Under the pieces are notes generated by a model. The model searched no databases, was not told where the DNA came from, and saw only the letters and a program-made list of their open reading frames with translations. This document shows, one piece after another, positions 1 to 9,552 of a DNA stretch of 64,000 nucleotides. A program made the position numbers and the translations under genes. Origin of the DNA: an uncultured Paracoccus sp. (GTDB taxonomy: Bacteria > Pseudomonadota > Alphaproteobacteria > Rhodobacterales > Rhodobacteraceae); contig NZ_CANMEH010000001.1 in assembly GCF_947496875.1 (NCBI RefSeq), forward strand, positions 251,663-315,662, given 5' to 3'. The number at the start of each line of letters is the position of its first letter. The stretch's first letter is position 1.

Positions 1-763
1 CGGCACCAGGTCCGACCGGTCGATCACCGACGAAGAGGTGCGGATGACCATCGCCGAGGCGACCCAGGCCGGGGTGCTGATGGAAGGCGAGCGGGGGATG
101 ATCGCCGGGGTCATGCGGGTGGCCGACCGCACCGCCCGCGCGATGATGACCCCGCGCCGCGATGTCGAGATGATCGACGTCAGCGACAGTTTCGAGACGA
201 TCCTGGAAAAGGCCCGCGCGGCGCGGTTTTCCCGCCTGCCGGTGACCGATGGCAGCGCCGACGAGATGCTGGGCGTGGTTGCGCTGCGCGACCTGATCGG
301 GGTGACCGAGCCCGACCTCAAGGCGCTGCTGCGCGAGGCGCCGACCGTGCTGGATGCGGCCGACGCGCTGTCGGTGATCGAGATCCTGCGCAACACGCCG
401 TCGCGCATGGTGCTGGTCTATGACGAATACGGGCATTTCCAGGGCATCATCACCGCGATGGACCTGCTCGAGGCGATCACCGGCGACTTCGTTGACCCGG
501 ACGGCGACGAACCCGACATCGTCCAGCGCGCCGACGGATCCTGGCTGGTTGCCGGCAGCGAAAGCGCCGACGAGTTCGCGGGCGAGACCGGCTTTCCGGT
601 GCCCGAGGGCGACTTCAACACGGTGGCCGGGATGGTGCTGTCGATCATCAACCGGATCCCCCGCACCGGCGAGGTCTTCACCCATGAAGGCTGGACCGTC
701 GAGATCGCCGACATGGACGCGATGCGGATCGACCGGCTGATTGTCAAGGCGCCGGCCGCCTGA
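1..763 (+). CDS. HlyC/CorC (CNNM/TlyC-type) family transporter, C-terminal portion (CBS pair + CorC_HlyC domain); 5' end outside window
   Basis: The frame of ORF 38..763 stays open to base 2 (..ITDEEVRMTIAEATQAGVLMEGERGMIAGVMRVADRTARAMMTPRRD..). The C-terminal ..TVAGMVLSIINRIPRTGEVF..WTVEIADMD..RIDRLIV is typical of this family. Confidence 0.8.
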   Translation, partial: GTRSDRSITDEEVRMTIAEATQAGVLMEGERGMIAGVMRVADRTARAMMTPRRDVEMIDVSDSFETILEKARAARFSRLPVTDGSADEMLGVVALRDLIGVTEPDLKALLREAPTVLDAADALSVIEILRNTPSRMVLVYDEYGHFQGIITAMDLLEAITGDFVDPDGDEPDIVQRADGSWLVAGSESADEFAGETGFPVPEGDFNTVAGMVLSIINRIPRTGEVFTHEGWTVEIADMDAMRIDRLIVKAPAA

Positions 764-770
764 CCGCAGC

Positions 771-797
771 GGACCGCCCCGGACCGCCCCGGACCGG
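771..797. repeat. Tandem 10-nt repeat GGACCGCCCC (2 full copies + 1 partial)
   Basis: Copies at 771-780 and 781-790, and a partial copy at 791-797. Begins 8 nt after the CorC-family stop. Confidence 0.8.
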
Positions 798-827
798 GGC
801 CGCCTGATCGGGGCGCCCCTCCGGATG

Positions 828-902
828 CCGCCCGCCCCGATGCCGTCCCGGTGCCGCCCGTCCCGATGCCACCCGTCCCGTTGGCATCCGCCCGATGGGG
901 TG
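828..902. repeat. Tandem 15-nt repeat CCGTCCCGNTGSCRY (3 good + 2 degenerate copies), intergenic
   Basis: ccgtcccggtgccgc (843-857), ccgtcccgatgccac (858-872) and ccgtcccgttggcat (873-887), flanked by degenerate copies at 828-842 and 888-902. It translates as the spurious PSRCRPSRCHPSRWH in ORF 741..1724. Confidence 0.8.
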
Positions 903-1019
903 GCGGCCGCGGACCCGCACCGGACCGCGCGGCGTTGTCTGCCGCCGGTCCCGATCCGCCCTCGACAGCCCCCGCCGCTCTGTGGTCTGTCTGGCGCCGG
1001 ATCATCGGAAAGGCATGAC

Positions 1020-1724
1020 ATGACCGACACCCTCTTTCCCGCGCCGGACTGGCCGCGCATCGCCGTGCAGGACGCGCAGGGCAGCTTTCCCGTCCGCCGC
1101 GTCTTCTGTGTCGGGCGCAACTATGCCGCGCACGCGGCCGAGATGGGGAACGAGGTCGATCGCGCCGCGCCGTTCTATTTTACCAAATCGGCCCTCGCGG
1201 TGCTGCCGTCGGGACGCAGCGTCCCCTATCCGCCCGGAACCTCGGACTATCACCACGAGATGGAATTCGTCGTGGCCCTCGGCGGGGCCGCGTTCCGGGT
1301 CACGCCCGACCGGGCCATGGACGCGGTGCTGGGCTATGCCTGCGGGCTCGACATGACCCGCCGCGACCTGCAGGCCCGGGCCAAGGACAAGCGCCACCCT
1401 TGGGACTTGGCCAAGGACGCCGAGAATTCGGCGGTGATCGGCCCGATCACCCGCAAGGACCGGTTCGGCGCGATCGCCGACCAGTCGATCCGGCTGACGG
1501 TGGACGGGGAACTGCGCCAGCAGGGGAAACTCTCGGACATGGTCTGGTCGGTGCCCGACCTGATCGCCGACCTGTCGCGCTATTACCACCTGCAGCCGGG
1601 CGACCTGATCTTCACCGGCACGCCGTCCGGGGTGGGCGCGGTCGACCCCGGCGCGGTGCTGCGGGGCGAGATCGACGGGCTTGCGCCGGTCGAACTGACC
1701 CTCGGTCCGCCCGAAGCGTCCTGA
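1020..1724 (+). CDS. Fumarylacetoacetate hydrolase (FAH) family protein
   Basis: ATG 1020 (MTDTLFPAPDW..) is preferred over the over-extended ORF 741..1724, whose first 93 codons translate intergenic tandem repeats. FAH-fold motifs are present: VFCVGRNYAAHAAEMG, HHEMEFVVALG, DLIFTGTPSGVG. Confidence 0.8.
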   Translation: MTDTLFPAPDWPRIAVQDAQGSFPVRRVFCVGRNYAAHAAEMGNEVDRAAPFYFTKSALAVLPSGRSVPYPPGTSDYHHEMEFVVALGGAAFRVTPDRAMDAVLGYACGLDMTRRDLQARAKDKRHPWDLAKDAENSAVIGPITRKDRFGAIADQSIRLTVDGELRQQGKLSDMVWSVPDLIADLSRYYHLQPGDLIFTGTPSGVGAVDPGAVLRGEIDGLAPVELTLGPPEAS

Positions 1725-1759
1725 AAACGGACGGATGGTCCGAAAATCGGGCGGAACAA

Positions 1760-1789
1760 TGCATGAAAACTGCATGAACTGTGCATGAA
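1760..1789. repeat. Three direct TGCATGAA octamers with exact 11-bp phasing
   Basis: Copies at 1760-1767, 1771-1778 and 1782-1789, in the convergent spacer between the FAH-family gene and dctM. The stretch is locally AT-richer than its surroundings. Confidence 0.85.
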
Positions 1790-1850
1790 CATCGCCTTTT
1801 CCGTGCCATCCTGATCAGCCGCCGGCCGCGCGCCTGCGGCTGCCGCCGGG

Positions 1851-3170
1851 TCAGCCGGACCCGCCCACCAGCGCCAGGGTAATCGCCGGAAACGCGATCA
1901 GCAGCGCGATCCGGATCATGTCGCTGATCAGGAACGGCAGCACCCCGCGAAAGCTCTCGATCATCGGCACGCCCTTGGCCAGGCCGTTGATCACAAAGAC
2001 ATTCATCCCCACCGGCGGGGTGATCAGCCCGACCTCGACGACCACCACGGCGAGGATCCCGAACCAGATCAGCGTGTCTTCCCGGCTCATCCCGAAATCG
2101 AGCCCGGCGACGATCGGATAGAAGATCGGGATGGTCAGCAGCAGCATGGACATCGAATCCATGACGCACCCCATCGCCAGATACAGCCCCAGAATCGCCA
2201 GCAACACCATCACCGGCGACAACCCCCCCTCGATGATCGCCTGCGACGCCAGCATCGGCGTCTGGGTGGCGGACAGGAAGGCGTTGAACATCTCGGCCCC
2301 CAGCATGATCAGGAAGATCATGGCGGTGGTGCGGGCGGTGCCCTGCAGGCACGCGATCAGCCCCTCCAGCCGCATTCCGCCATGCAGCACCGCCAGGACG
2401 AACGTCCCGAACGCGCCGACGGCCGCCCCCTCGGTCGGGGTGAACCAGCCCCTGTACATGCCGACGATCACCAGCGTGAAGATCAGGATGATCGACCATG
2501 TCTCGCGCAGCGCCAGCAGCCGTTCGGACCGGCCGGCCCGGGGCGCCGCGGGACCGGCTGCGGGGTCGTAGCGGACAAAGATCGCGACGGCGAGCATGTA
2601 GCCCAGTGCGGCCAGAATCCCCGGCACCATCGCGGCCACGAACATCTTGGCGATGCTCTGTTCCGTCATCAGCGCGTACAGGACCAGGATGACCGAGGGC
2701 GGGATTAGGATGCCCAGCGTTCCGCCGGCGGCCAGCGATCCGGTCGCCAGCGCCCCCGAATAGTTGTAGCGCTTCATCTCGGGCAGCGCGACCTGCCCCA
2801 TCGTGGCGGCGGTCGCCAGGGACGATCCGCAGATGGCGCCAAAGGCGGCACAACCGCCGATCGACGCCATGGCCAGCCCGCCGCGCCGGTGCCCCAGAAA
2901 CGCCGCGGCGGCGCGGAACAGCGCCCGGCTCATCCCCGCATGGCTGGCGAACTCGCCCATCAGCACGAACAGCGGGATGACCGACAGCGAATAGGTCGAG
3001 AACTGGTAGTAGGTCGAGGTTTTCAGATAGGCGAGCAACGGCATCCAGCCATTGACCAGCCCATAGCCGACGATGCCCGTCGCCAGCATCGCCACGCCGA
3101 TCGGGATCCGCACCGCCATCAACGCCAGCAGCACCCCGAACCCGGTCAGCCCCGCGGCGATCCCCGTCAC
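1851..3170 (-). CDS. dctM: TRAP transporter large permease subunit (DctM family)
   Basis: ORF 1851..3260 is trimmed to GTG 3170, which overlaps the dctQ stop (GTGA). The protein is polytopic and DctM-like throughout. It is adjacent to dctQ and dctP. Confidence 0.9.
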   Translation of the reverse strand: MTGIAAGLTGFGVLLALMAVRIPIGVAMLATGIVGYGLVNGWMPLLAYLKTSTYYQFSTYSLSVIPLFVLMGEFASHAGMSRALFRAAAAFLGHRRGGLAMASIGGCAAFGAICGSSLATAATMGQVALPEMKRYNYSGALATGSLAAGGTLGILIPPSVILVLYALMTEQSIAKMFVAAMVPGILAALGYMLAVAIFVRYDPAAGPAAPRAGRSERLLALRETWSIILIFTLVIVGMYRGWFTPTEGAAVGAFGTFVLAVLHGGMRLEGLIACLQGTARTTAMIFLIMLGAEMFNAFLSATQTPMLASQAIIEGGLSPVMVLLAILGLYLAMGCVMDSMSMLLLTIPIFYPIVAGLDFGMSREDTLIWFGILAVVVVEVGLITPPVGMNVFVINGLAKGVPMIESFRGVLPFLISDMIRIALLIAFPAITLALVGGSG

Positions 3171-3688
3171 CTCCGCGCGCCCCTCAGATGGCCGATCATG
3201 GTGAAGAAAGTCGTGACGATCAGCAGCAGCATCGCCGGCATGATGATCGTGAAGCTCCACCAGGTGGGCAGGCGCAGCACCATGGAATTCTCGCCAAAGC
3301 TGCGAAACTCCATCGCGCCGTGGAACATCCGCCAGGTCAGCAGCAGCGCGATCAGCAGGTAGATCAGATCACCCAGCGCCTCCAGCAGATGGTTGGTGCG
3401 CGCCCCGGCCTTCATCGTGAAGAAATCAACCACCACGTTGCCCGAGGAAATCTGGCACCAGGGCAGGAAGCAGAAGACGGTGATCGCCGAGCCGATCTCG
3501 ACCAGCTCGAAGTCGCCGGGGATGGGCGCCCCCAGCAGGGTGCGCCGGGTCACGCTGAACACCGTCATCAGCATCATGGCGACCAGCACGGCGCCGCCCA
3601 CCACGGCGACCCACCGGCACAGGGCGACCAGCCAGCCGGGCACCGGGACCGGGTGGGCATGTTCGGTCAAGGATCCGGCCTGCGCCAT
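3167..3688 (-). CDS. dctQ: TRAP transporter small permease subunit (DctQ family)
   Basis: 173-aa four-TM protein located between dctP and dctM. Its stop overlaps the dctM start. Confidence 0.85.
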   Translation of the reverse strand: MAQAGSLTEHAHPVPVPGWLVALCRWVAVVGGAVLVAMMLMTVFSVTRRTLLGAPIPGDFELVEIGSAITVFCFLPWCQISSGNVVVDFFTMKAGARTNHLLEALGDLIYLLIALLLTWRMFHGAMEFRSFGENSMVLRLPTWWSFTIIMPAMLLLIVTTFFTMIGHLRGARR

Positions 3689-3721
3689 GTCGCCCTGCGT
3701 CCTGCTCCCTTGGCTTCGGCC

Positions 3722-4744
3722 CTACTGCGACGAAGTTTCCAGCATGGATTTCGCGTCGTCCAGCATGGCCTGGCCGTCCAGGCCCTGTTCGGTCATCGCC
3801 TCGACCCACGCGTCGACGACCGGCTGGGTGGCCTCGCGCCACGGGTCCAGCTGGTCTGCGGGGATCACGTTGATCTTCGCGCCCGCGTCCAGGTACTTCT
3901 GCCGTTCCTCCGCCTCGGTCCGGTCGAACGCCTCGCCGGCCAGGCGCGCCAGGTTGTCGCCCGAATTGTCGTCGATGACCTGTTTCAGATCGTCGGGCAG
4001 CCCTTCGTACTTGGCCTTGTTCATCACCAGCGCCATGACAGCCGTCGACATGCCGCCATTCTCCGACCCGATCTCGGAATGCGCGTTGGTGATCTCCTCG
4101 ACGCGCAGCGAGCCGACGACCTCCCACGGGATCTGGGCCCCGTCGATCACGCCGGTGGTCAGGGCCTGCGCCACCTCGGGCACCGGCATGCCGACCGCGG
4201 TCGCCCCCAGCGCGTTCAGCGCGTCGGTCATCGCTCGGGACGGTGCGCGGATCTTCTTGCCCTTCAGGTCGTCCATCGTCTCGATGGGCCCTTCGGTCAT
4301 GTGGAACTTGTAGCCGGCAGGTGCGTGCAGCACCAGCGGATGGACCTGGCCCAGCTCGTCGCCAAGGTACTTTGCCTGGAACTCCTGCAGCGCCATGGTG
4401 GTCTGCAGCGCCGTGCCTGACATGAACGGCAGCTCGTAGACCTCGGCAATCGGGAACCGGCCCGGGGTGTAGCCCAGCAGCGTCCAGGCCACGTCCACGA
4501 TCCCGTCACGGGCCTGATCGAACAGCTGCGGCGGCTTGCCGCCCAGCTGCATCGACGGGAACAGCTGCACGTCGATCCGCCCGCCCGACTGCTCCTCCAC
4601 CGCCTGCTCCCACGGCACCAGCACCTCGGTGTGCATCGGCGCCTCGGCGGACAGGAAGTGGTGCACGCGCAGGGTGACGTCCGCGGCATTGGCCGCGCCC
4701 GTCATCGACAGCGCCGCCACCGATGCGATCAGAAAATGCTTCAT
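3722..4744 (-). CDS. dctP: TRAP transporter periplasmic solute-binding protein (DctP family), likely for an aromatic acid
   Basis: The true start is ATG 4744 (MKHFLIASVAALSMTGAANA signal peptide) preceded by GGAGGA. The over-extended ORF 3722..5104 is rejected. ATGA overlap with the pcaB stop. Confidence 0.9.
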   Translation of the reverse strand: MKHFLIASVAALSMTGAANAADVTLRVHHFLSAEAPMHTEVLVPWEQAVEEQSGGRIDVQLFPSMQLGGKPPQLFDQARDGIVDVAWTLLGYTPGRFPIAEVYELPFMSGTALQTTMALQEFQAKYLGDELGQVHPLVLHAPAGYKFHMTEGPIETMDDLKGKKIRAPSRAMTDALNALGATAVGMPVPEVAQALTTGVIDGAQIPWEVVGSLRVEEITNAHSEIGSENGGMSTAVMALVMNKAKYEGLPDDLKQVIDDNSGDNLARLAGEAFDRTEAEERQKYLDAGAKINVIPADQLDPWREATQPVVDAWVEAMTEQGLDGQAMLDDAKSMLETSSQ

Positions 4745-6057
4745 GGGATCTCCTCCGTTGAACCTGATTGCCGGGCGTGGCGCGGGGCCTCGCCCAGATA
4801 TGCCTGCGGCCGCAGGGTTTCGGCCCAGTCGGTCTGCGGCACTAGCCGCGACAGCGCGCCGGCCAGGGTCATGGCGCGGTCGCCGTCCATTTCCCGCAGC
4901 GCCTGTCCCACGATATCCAGCGCTGCAGCGCGGGGCATGCTGCGCGACAGCGCGAAACCCGCGGCCTCGGCCATCATCGCGCCGCGGTCCTGGGCAAAGC
5001 TCGCAGCGATCCGGTCGGGTTTCGGCACCAGCGTCGCGGCCAGGTCGCGGGCCAGCCGCAGGGCCGCGCCGGTGCGGTCCAGCATGTCCGGCAGGGTCAG
5101 CCATTCGATCCCGAGCGCGGATCCGTCGCGTTCCAGCGCGTGGATCAGCGCCTGGTGCAGGGTGCCGACCGCACCGGCGTTCAGCCGGGCCAGGCTGACC
5201 AGGGCCTCGGCCGCGACCGGGTTCGATTTCTGCGGCATGGTCGAGGACCCGCCGCCGGTCCCCGCACGGACCTCGCCAATCCCGGACTGGCCCAGCAGGA
5301 TCAGGTCCAGCCCCATCTTGCCGAGGCTGCCTGTGACCAGCGACAGCCAGCCGCCCAGTTCGGCGATGCCGTCCCGGCAGGCGTGCCAGGGCAGGTCGGG
5401 GGCCGACAGCCCCAGCTCGGCCGCCAGGGCCTGTCGCGTCTCGGCCATGCGATACCCCAGCGCGGCGCCGGTTCCAGCCGCGCCGTGCAGCGACACGGTC
5501 AGCAGCCGCGGCGTCAGGTCATCCAGCCGGTCGAGATGGCGCGACAGCGGTGCCGCCCAGATCGCCAGCCTGGCGCCGAGGGTGGTGGGGGCGGCGATCT
5601 GGAACCGGGTGCGAGCGGGAACCGGCAGGTCGGCGTGGTGCGTCGCCTGATCCTGCAGCACATCGCGCAGATCACGGATCCGGTCGCGCAGAACGGGCAG
5701 GATCGCCTTCAGTTGCAGCGCCAGCGCGGTGTCGGTGATGTCCTGCGAGGTGGCCCCGAAATGGGCATGCTGCCCATGCGGGCCCGCCGCCTGCCGCAGC
5801 GCCGCGATCAGTGGCTGTGCGGCGATGCCGGCGCGGGCGACATCATCGGCCAGCGCTGCGGGATCGGGCTGCAGCGCCGCCGCGGCCTGCGCGATCGCCT
5901 CTGCCGCGGCGGCTGGGATCAGCCCCATCCGGCCCTGGACCCGCGCCAGGGCCGCCTCGACCCGCAGCATCGCGCCGAGCATTGCCCGGTCGTCCAGCAA
6001 CGCCGCGATCGCGACATCGCCGTAGAGCTTGCCGAGCAAGGGTGGGGTTCCCCGCAT
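4741..6057 (-). CDS. pcaB: 3-carboxy-cis,cis-muconate cycloisomerase
   Basis: Fumarate-lyase superfamily signature (..GATSQDITDTALALQLK.., GSSTMPQKSNP). Sits within a pcaHG/pcaC/pcaD cluster. Confidence 0.85.
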   Translation of the reverse strand: MRGTPPLLGKLYGDVAIAALLDDRAMLGAMLRVEAALARVQGRMGLIPAAAAEAIAQAAAALQPDPAALADDVARAGIAAQPLIAALRQAAGPHGQHAHFGATSQDITDTALALQLKAILPVLRDRIRDLRDVLQDQATHHADLPVPARTRFQIAAPTTLGARLAIWAAPLSRHLDRLDDLTPRLLTVSLHGAAGTGAALGYRMAETRQALAAELGLSAPDLPWHACRDGIAELGGWLSLVTGSLGKMGLDLILLGQSGIGEVRAGTGGGSSTMPQKSNPVAAEALVSLARLNAGAVGTLHQALIHALERDGSALGIEWLTLPDMLDRTGAALRLARDLAATLVPKPDRIAASFAQDRGAMMAEAAGFALSRSMPRAAALDIVGQALREMDGDRAMTLAGALSRLVPQTDWAETLRPQAYLGEAPRHARQSGSTEEIP

Positions 6058-6058
6058 G

Positions 6059-6916
6059 TCAGGCCGCCGCCAGTCCCAGGATCGAGCGGGCCTGTGCAGG
6101 GCTGGCGACGGGGCGGTCGTATCTCTCGCACAGCTCGACCGCGCGCTGCACCAGCGCCGCGTTCGACGGCGCCAGCGTGGTGCGGTCCAGGCGCACGTTG
6201 TCCTCCAGACCGGTACGGGCGTGACCCCCCGATGAAATCGCCCAGTCGTTCAGCACGATCTGGTTGGCCCCGATCCCGGCCGCGCACCAGGGCGCGTCGG
6301 CGCCGAACAGCCGCCGGACCGTGTGGATGTAATAGTCGAACACGTCGCGGTCGGCCGGCATGGCGTTCCTGACCCCCATGACGAACTGCACGTAGGGGGT
6401 GCCGGCAAGGCGGCCGTCGTCGGCCATGATCTTGGCCTGCAGGATGTGGGACAGGTCGAACGCCTCGATCTCCGGCTTGACGCCGTAGCTCAGCATTTCC
6501 GCCGCCAGCCAGTTCACCAGATCGGGCGGGTTCTCGTAGACGCGGGTCGGAAAGTTGTTCGACCCCACCGACAGCGAGGCCATGTCCGGACGCAGCGGCA
6601 GCATCCCGCCGCGCGCCTTGCCGGCGCCCGACCGGCCGCCGGTGGACAGTTGCACGATCATGCCGGGGCAGTGCCGTTCGATGCCCTCCTTCAGCCGCGC
6701 GAAGCGCTCGGGATCGCTGGTCGGCTGCCCTTCGTCGTCCCGCACGTGGCAATGGGCGATGCTGGCCCCTGCCTCGAACGCCGCCTGCGTGGACTCGATC
6801 TGCTCGGCAATCGTGATCGGCACGGCGGGGTTGTCGGCCTTGGTCGGCACGCTGCCGGTGATCGCCACGCAGATGATGCAGGGCTTGCCCGCGACGGGCT
6901 GTCCGGTGTCGGTCAT
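6059..6916 (-). CDS. Beta-keto acid cleavage enzyme family protein (BKACE, DUF849; 3-keto-5-aminohexanoate cleavage enzyme-like)
   Basis: N-terminus ..PCIICVAITGSVPTKADNPAVPITIAEQIESTQAAFEAGASIAHCHVRDDEGQPTSD.. and LSTGGR are characteristic of DUF849/BKACE TIM-barrel enzymes. Confidence 0.85.
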   Translation of the reverse strand: MTDTGQPVAGKPCIICVAITGSVPTKADNPAVPITIAEQIESTQAAFEAGASIAHCHVRDDEGQPTSDPERFARLKEGIERHCPGMIVQLSTGGRSGAGKARGGMLPLRPDMASLSVGSNNFPTRVYENPPDLVNWLAAEMLSYGVKPEIEAFDLSHILQAKIMADDGRLAGTPYVQFVMGVRNAMPADRDVFDYYIHTVRRLFGADAPWCAAGIGANQIVLNDWAISSGGHARTGLEDNVRLDRTTLAPSNAALVQRAVELCERYDRPVASPAQARSILGLAAA

Positions 6917-6925
6917 GGTTGCCCC

Positions 6926-7630
6926 TCAGATGTCAAAGAACACGGTTTCGCCGTCGCCCTGCAACCGGATGTCGAATCGATAGACCGGCAGATCCCCCCG
7001 CAGGGAGCGGCTGGCGATCAGGGTGGCGCGGCGGTTTTCCCACTCGATCAGGTTCAGCACCGGATCGGCGGCGTTCGCCTCGGCCTCGTCGCCGAAATAC
7101 ATGCGGGTATTCAGGCCGATATTGATGCCCCGCGCAACGATCCACAGGTTCAGATGCGGCGCCATTGGCGCGTGCGATTCGTCCGCCCGGCCCTGCCAGT
7201 CGGGATGCGTGTCGCGCACTGCCTCGGACACGCCCGAGGTCATCTTGCGGCGCGCCCTCACTGGGCCGGGCTTGATCGTGTCGAACCCCCATTCGCCCGT
7301 CTCGAAATCGGTGATGACCCGACCCCAGCCGCGAAAGCCGTCCTCGACCTCGCCCCCGCCCTCGGGATGCGCGTAGATCCCGTCGGCGTTCGCCTGCCAG
7401 ATCTCGATCAGCACGTCCTTGACCGGGCTTCCGGTGCCGTCGGTCACCACCCCTTCGACCCGGATGCGTTCGCCGCGGGCGTTCGGTCCGGCGATGTCCC
7501 ACCCCAGTTCACGGCGGAAAATGGCGAAGCCCGCCGCACCCGGCGCCAGCCCGATGTGGACATAGGGGCCGGCGGTCTGCGAGGGCGTTTCCCTGAGCCG
7601 ATGCGGTGTGTTGAAGCCGCTGGGTGTCAT
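6926..7630 (-). CDS. pcaG: Protocatechuate 3,4-dioxygenase alpha subunit
   Basis: Start ATG 7630 (MTPSGFNTPHRLRETPSQTAGPYVHIGL..). Intradiol dioxygenase motif IEIWQANADGIYAHP. ORF 6926..8392 is over-extended. Confidence 0.9.
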   Translation of the reverse strand: MTPSGFNTPHRLRETPSQTAGPYVHIGLAPGAAGFAIFRRELGWDIAGPNARGERIRVEGVVTDGTGSPVKDVLIEIWQANADGIYAHPEGGGEVEDGFRGWGRVITDFETGEWGFDTIKPGPVRARRKMTSGVSEAVRDTHPDWQGRADESHAPMAPHLNLWIVARGINIGLNTRMYFGDEAEANAADPVLNLIEWENRRATLIASRSLRGDLPVYRFDIRLQGDGETVFFDI

Positions 7631-7632
7631 TC

Positions 7633-8757
<1,125 letters not shown>

Positions 8758-8771
<14 letters not shown>

Positions 8772-9552
8772 GATCGACCTCGGTCATGAAGCGCATCAGC
8801 AGGTCGGCGAAACGCTGCGGCGCCTCGACACAGGGCAGGTGGCCCACGCCCTCGATGACATCCATCCGCGCGCCGGGGATCAGCCGCGCGGTTTCGCCCA
8901 CCAGATCGGGCGGGGTCGAGCCATCCATGCTGCCGGCGATCATCTGCACGGGCAGCGTCAGTCCGGCGGCCTCGGCCCGCAGGTCGGCCCCCGCGATCGC
9001 GGCGCAGCAGCCGAGATACCCCTCGACCGGCTGGCGTTCCAGCATCCGCTGCCACGGCGCGGCCTGGCCGCTGGCCCGGAAGCCGGGCGAAAACCAGCGC
9101 TCCATTGTCGGGGCCGAGATCGCCTCGATGCCGCCGTCCCGGATCGCGGCCATGCGGTCATCCCACAACTGCGGCGTGCCGATCCGGGCGGCGCTGTTGG
9201 AAATCACCAGCCCGCGCAGCAGATCGCCGTGGCGCGCGGCCAGCGCCAGTGCGATCAGCCCGCCGATCGACAGGCCGACGAAGATCACGTCGCGCAGCCC
9301 AAGCTGGCGGATCAGGCCGGCCGCGTCGTCGGCCAGCCGGTCGATCGCATAGGGCCCGGGCGTGGTCTGGGTCAGGCCGTGCCCCCGCTTGTCATAGCGG
9401 ACCAGCCGCAGCCCGGTGGGCAGCAGCGGCAGCACCGCATCCCACAGCCGCAGGTCGGTGCCGAGCGAGTTGGCAAAGACCAGCGCCGGCCCGTCCTGCG
9501 GCCCGGCGTCGGTATAGTGGACGCCCAGCCCGTCGATCACTGCATGTCGCAT
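8758..9552 (-). CDS. pcaD: 3-oxoadipate enol-lactonase (alpha/beta hydrolase)
   Basis: Start ATG 9552 (MRHAVIDGLGVHYTDAGPQDGPALVFANSLGTDLRLWD..). GLSIGG nucleophile elbow. TGATG overlap with the pobA stop. Confidence 0.85.

Noticed and set aside
741-1019. N-terminal 93 codons of ORF 741..1724 (Pro/Arg/Ser/Cys-rich, PSRCRPSRCHPSRWH).
   Set aside because: This is a translation of intergenic tandem repeats. FAH-family similarity begins at ATG 1020.
1759-1788. Nine-codon mini-ORF ATG CAT GAA AAC TGC ATG AAC TGT GCA TGA spanning the TGCATGAA repeats.
   Set aside because: There is no SD sequence. The 11-nt repeat period puts the three copies in three different frames, so a coding function for the repeat is unlikely.
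4745-5104. Over-extended N-termini of several ORF-track entries: DctP 3722..5104, PcaG 6926..8392, NspC 13867..15387, SufS 42430..44241, SufB 47369..49159, ClpX 53023..54378, TrpF 58972..60153, and the enoyl-CoA hydratase, Pip, RnhB, MarR and GrxC composites.
   Set aside because: The extensions overlap upstream genes and are low-complexity. Internal ATG or GTG starts with SD sequences, signal peptides or stop/start overlaps match the expected family lengths.
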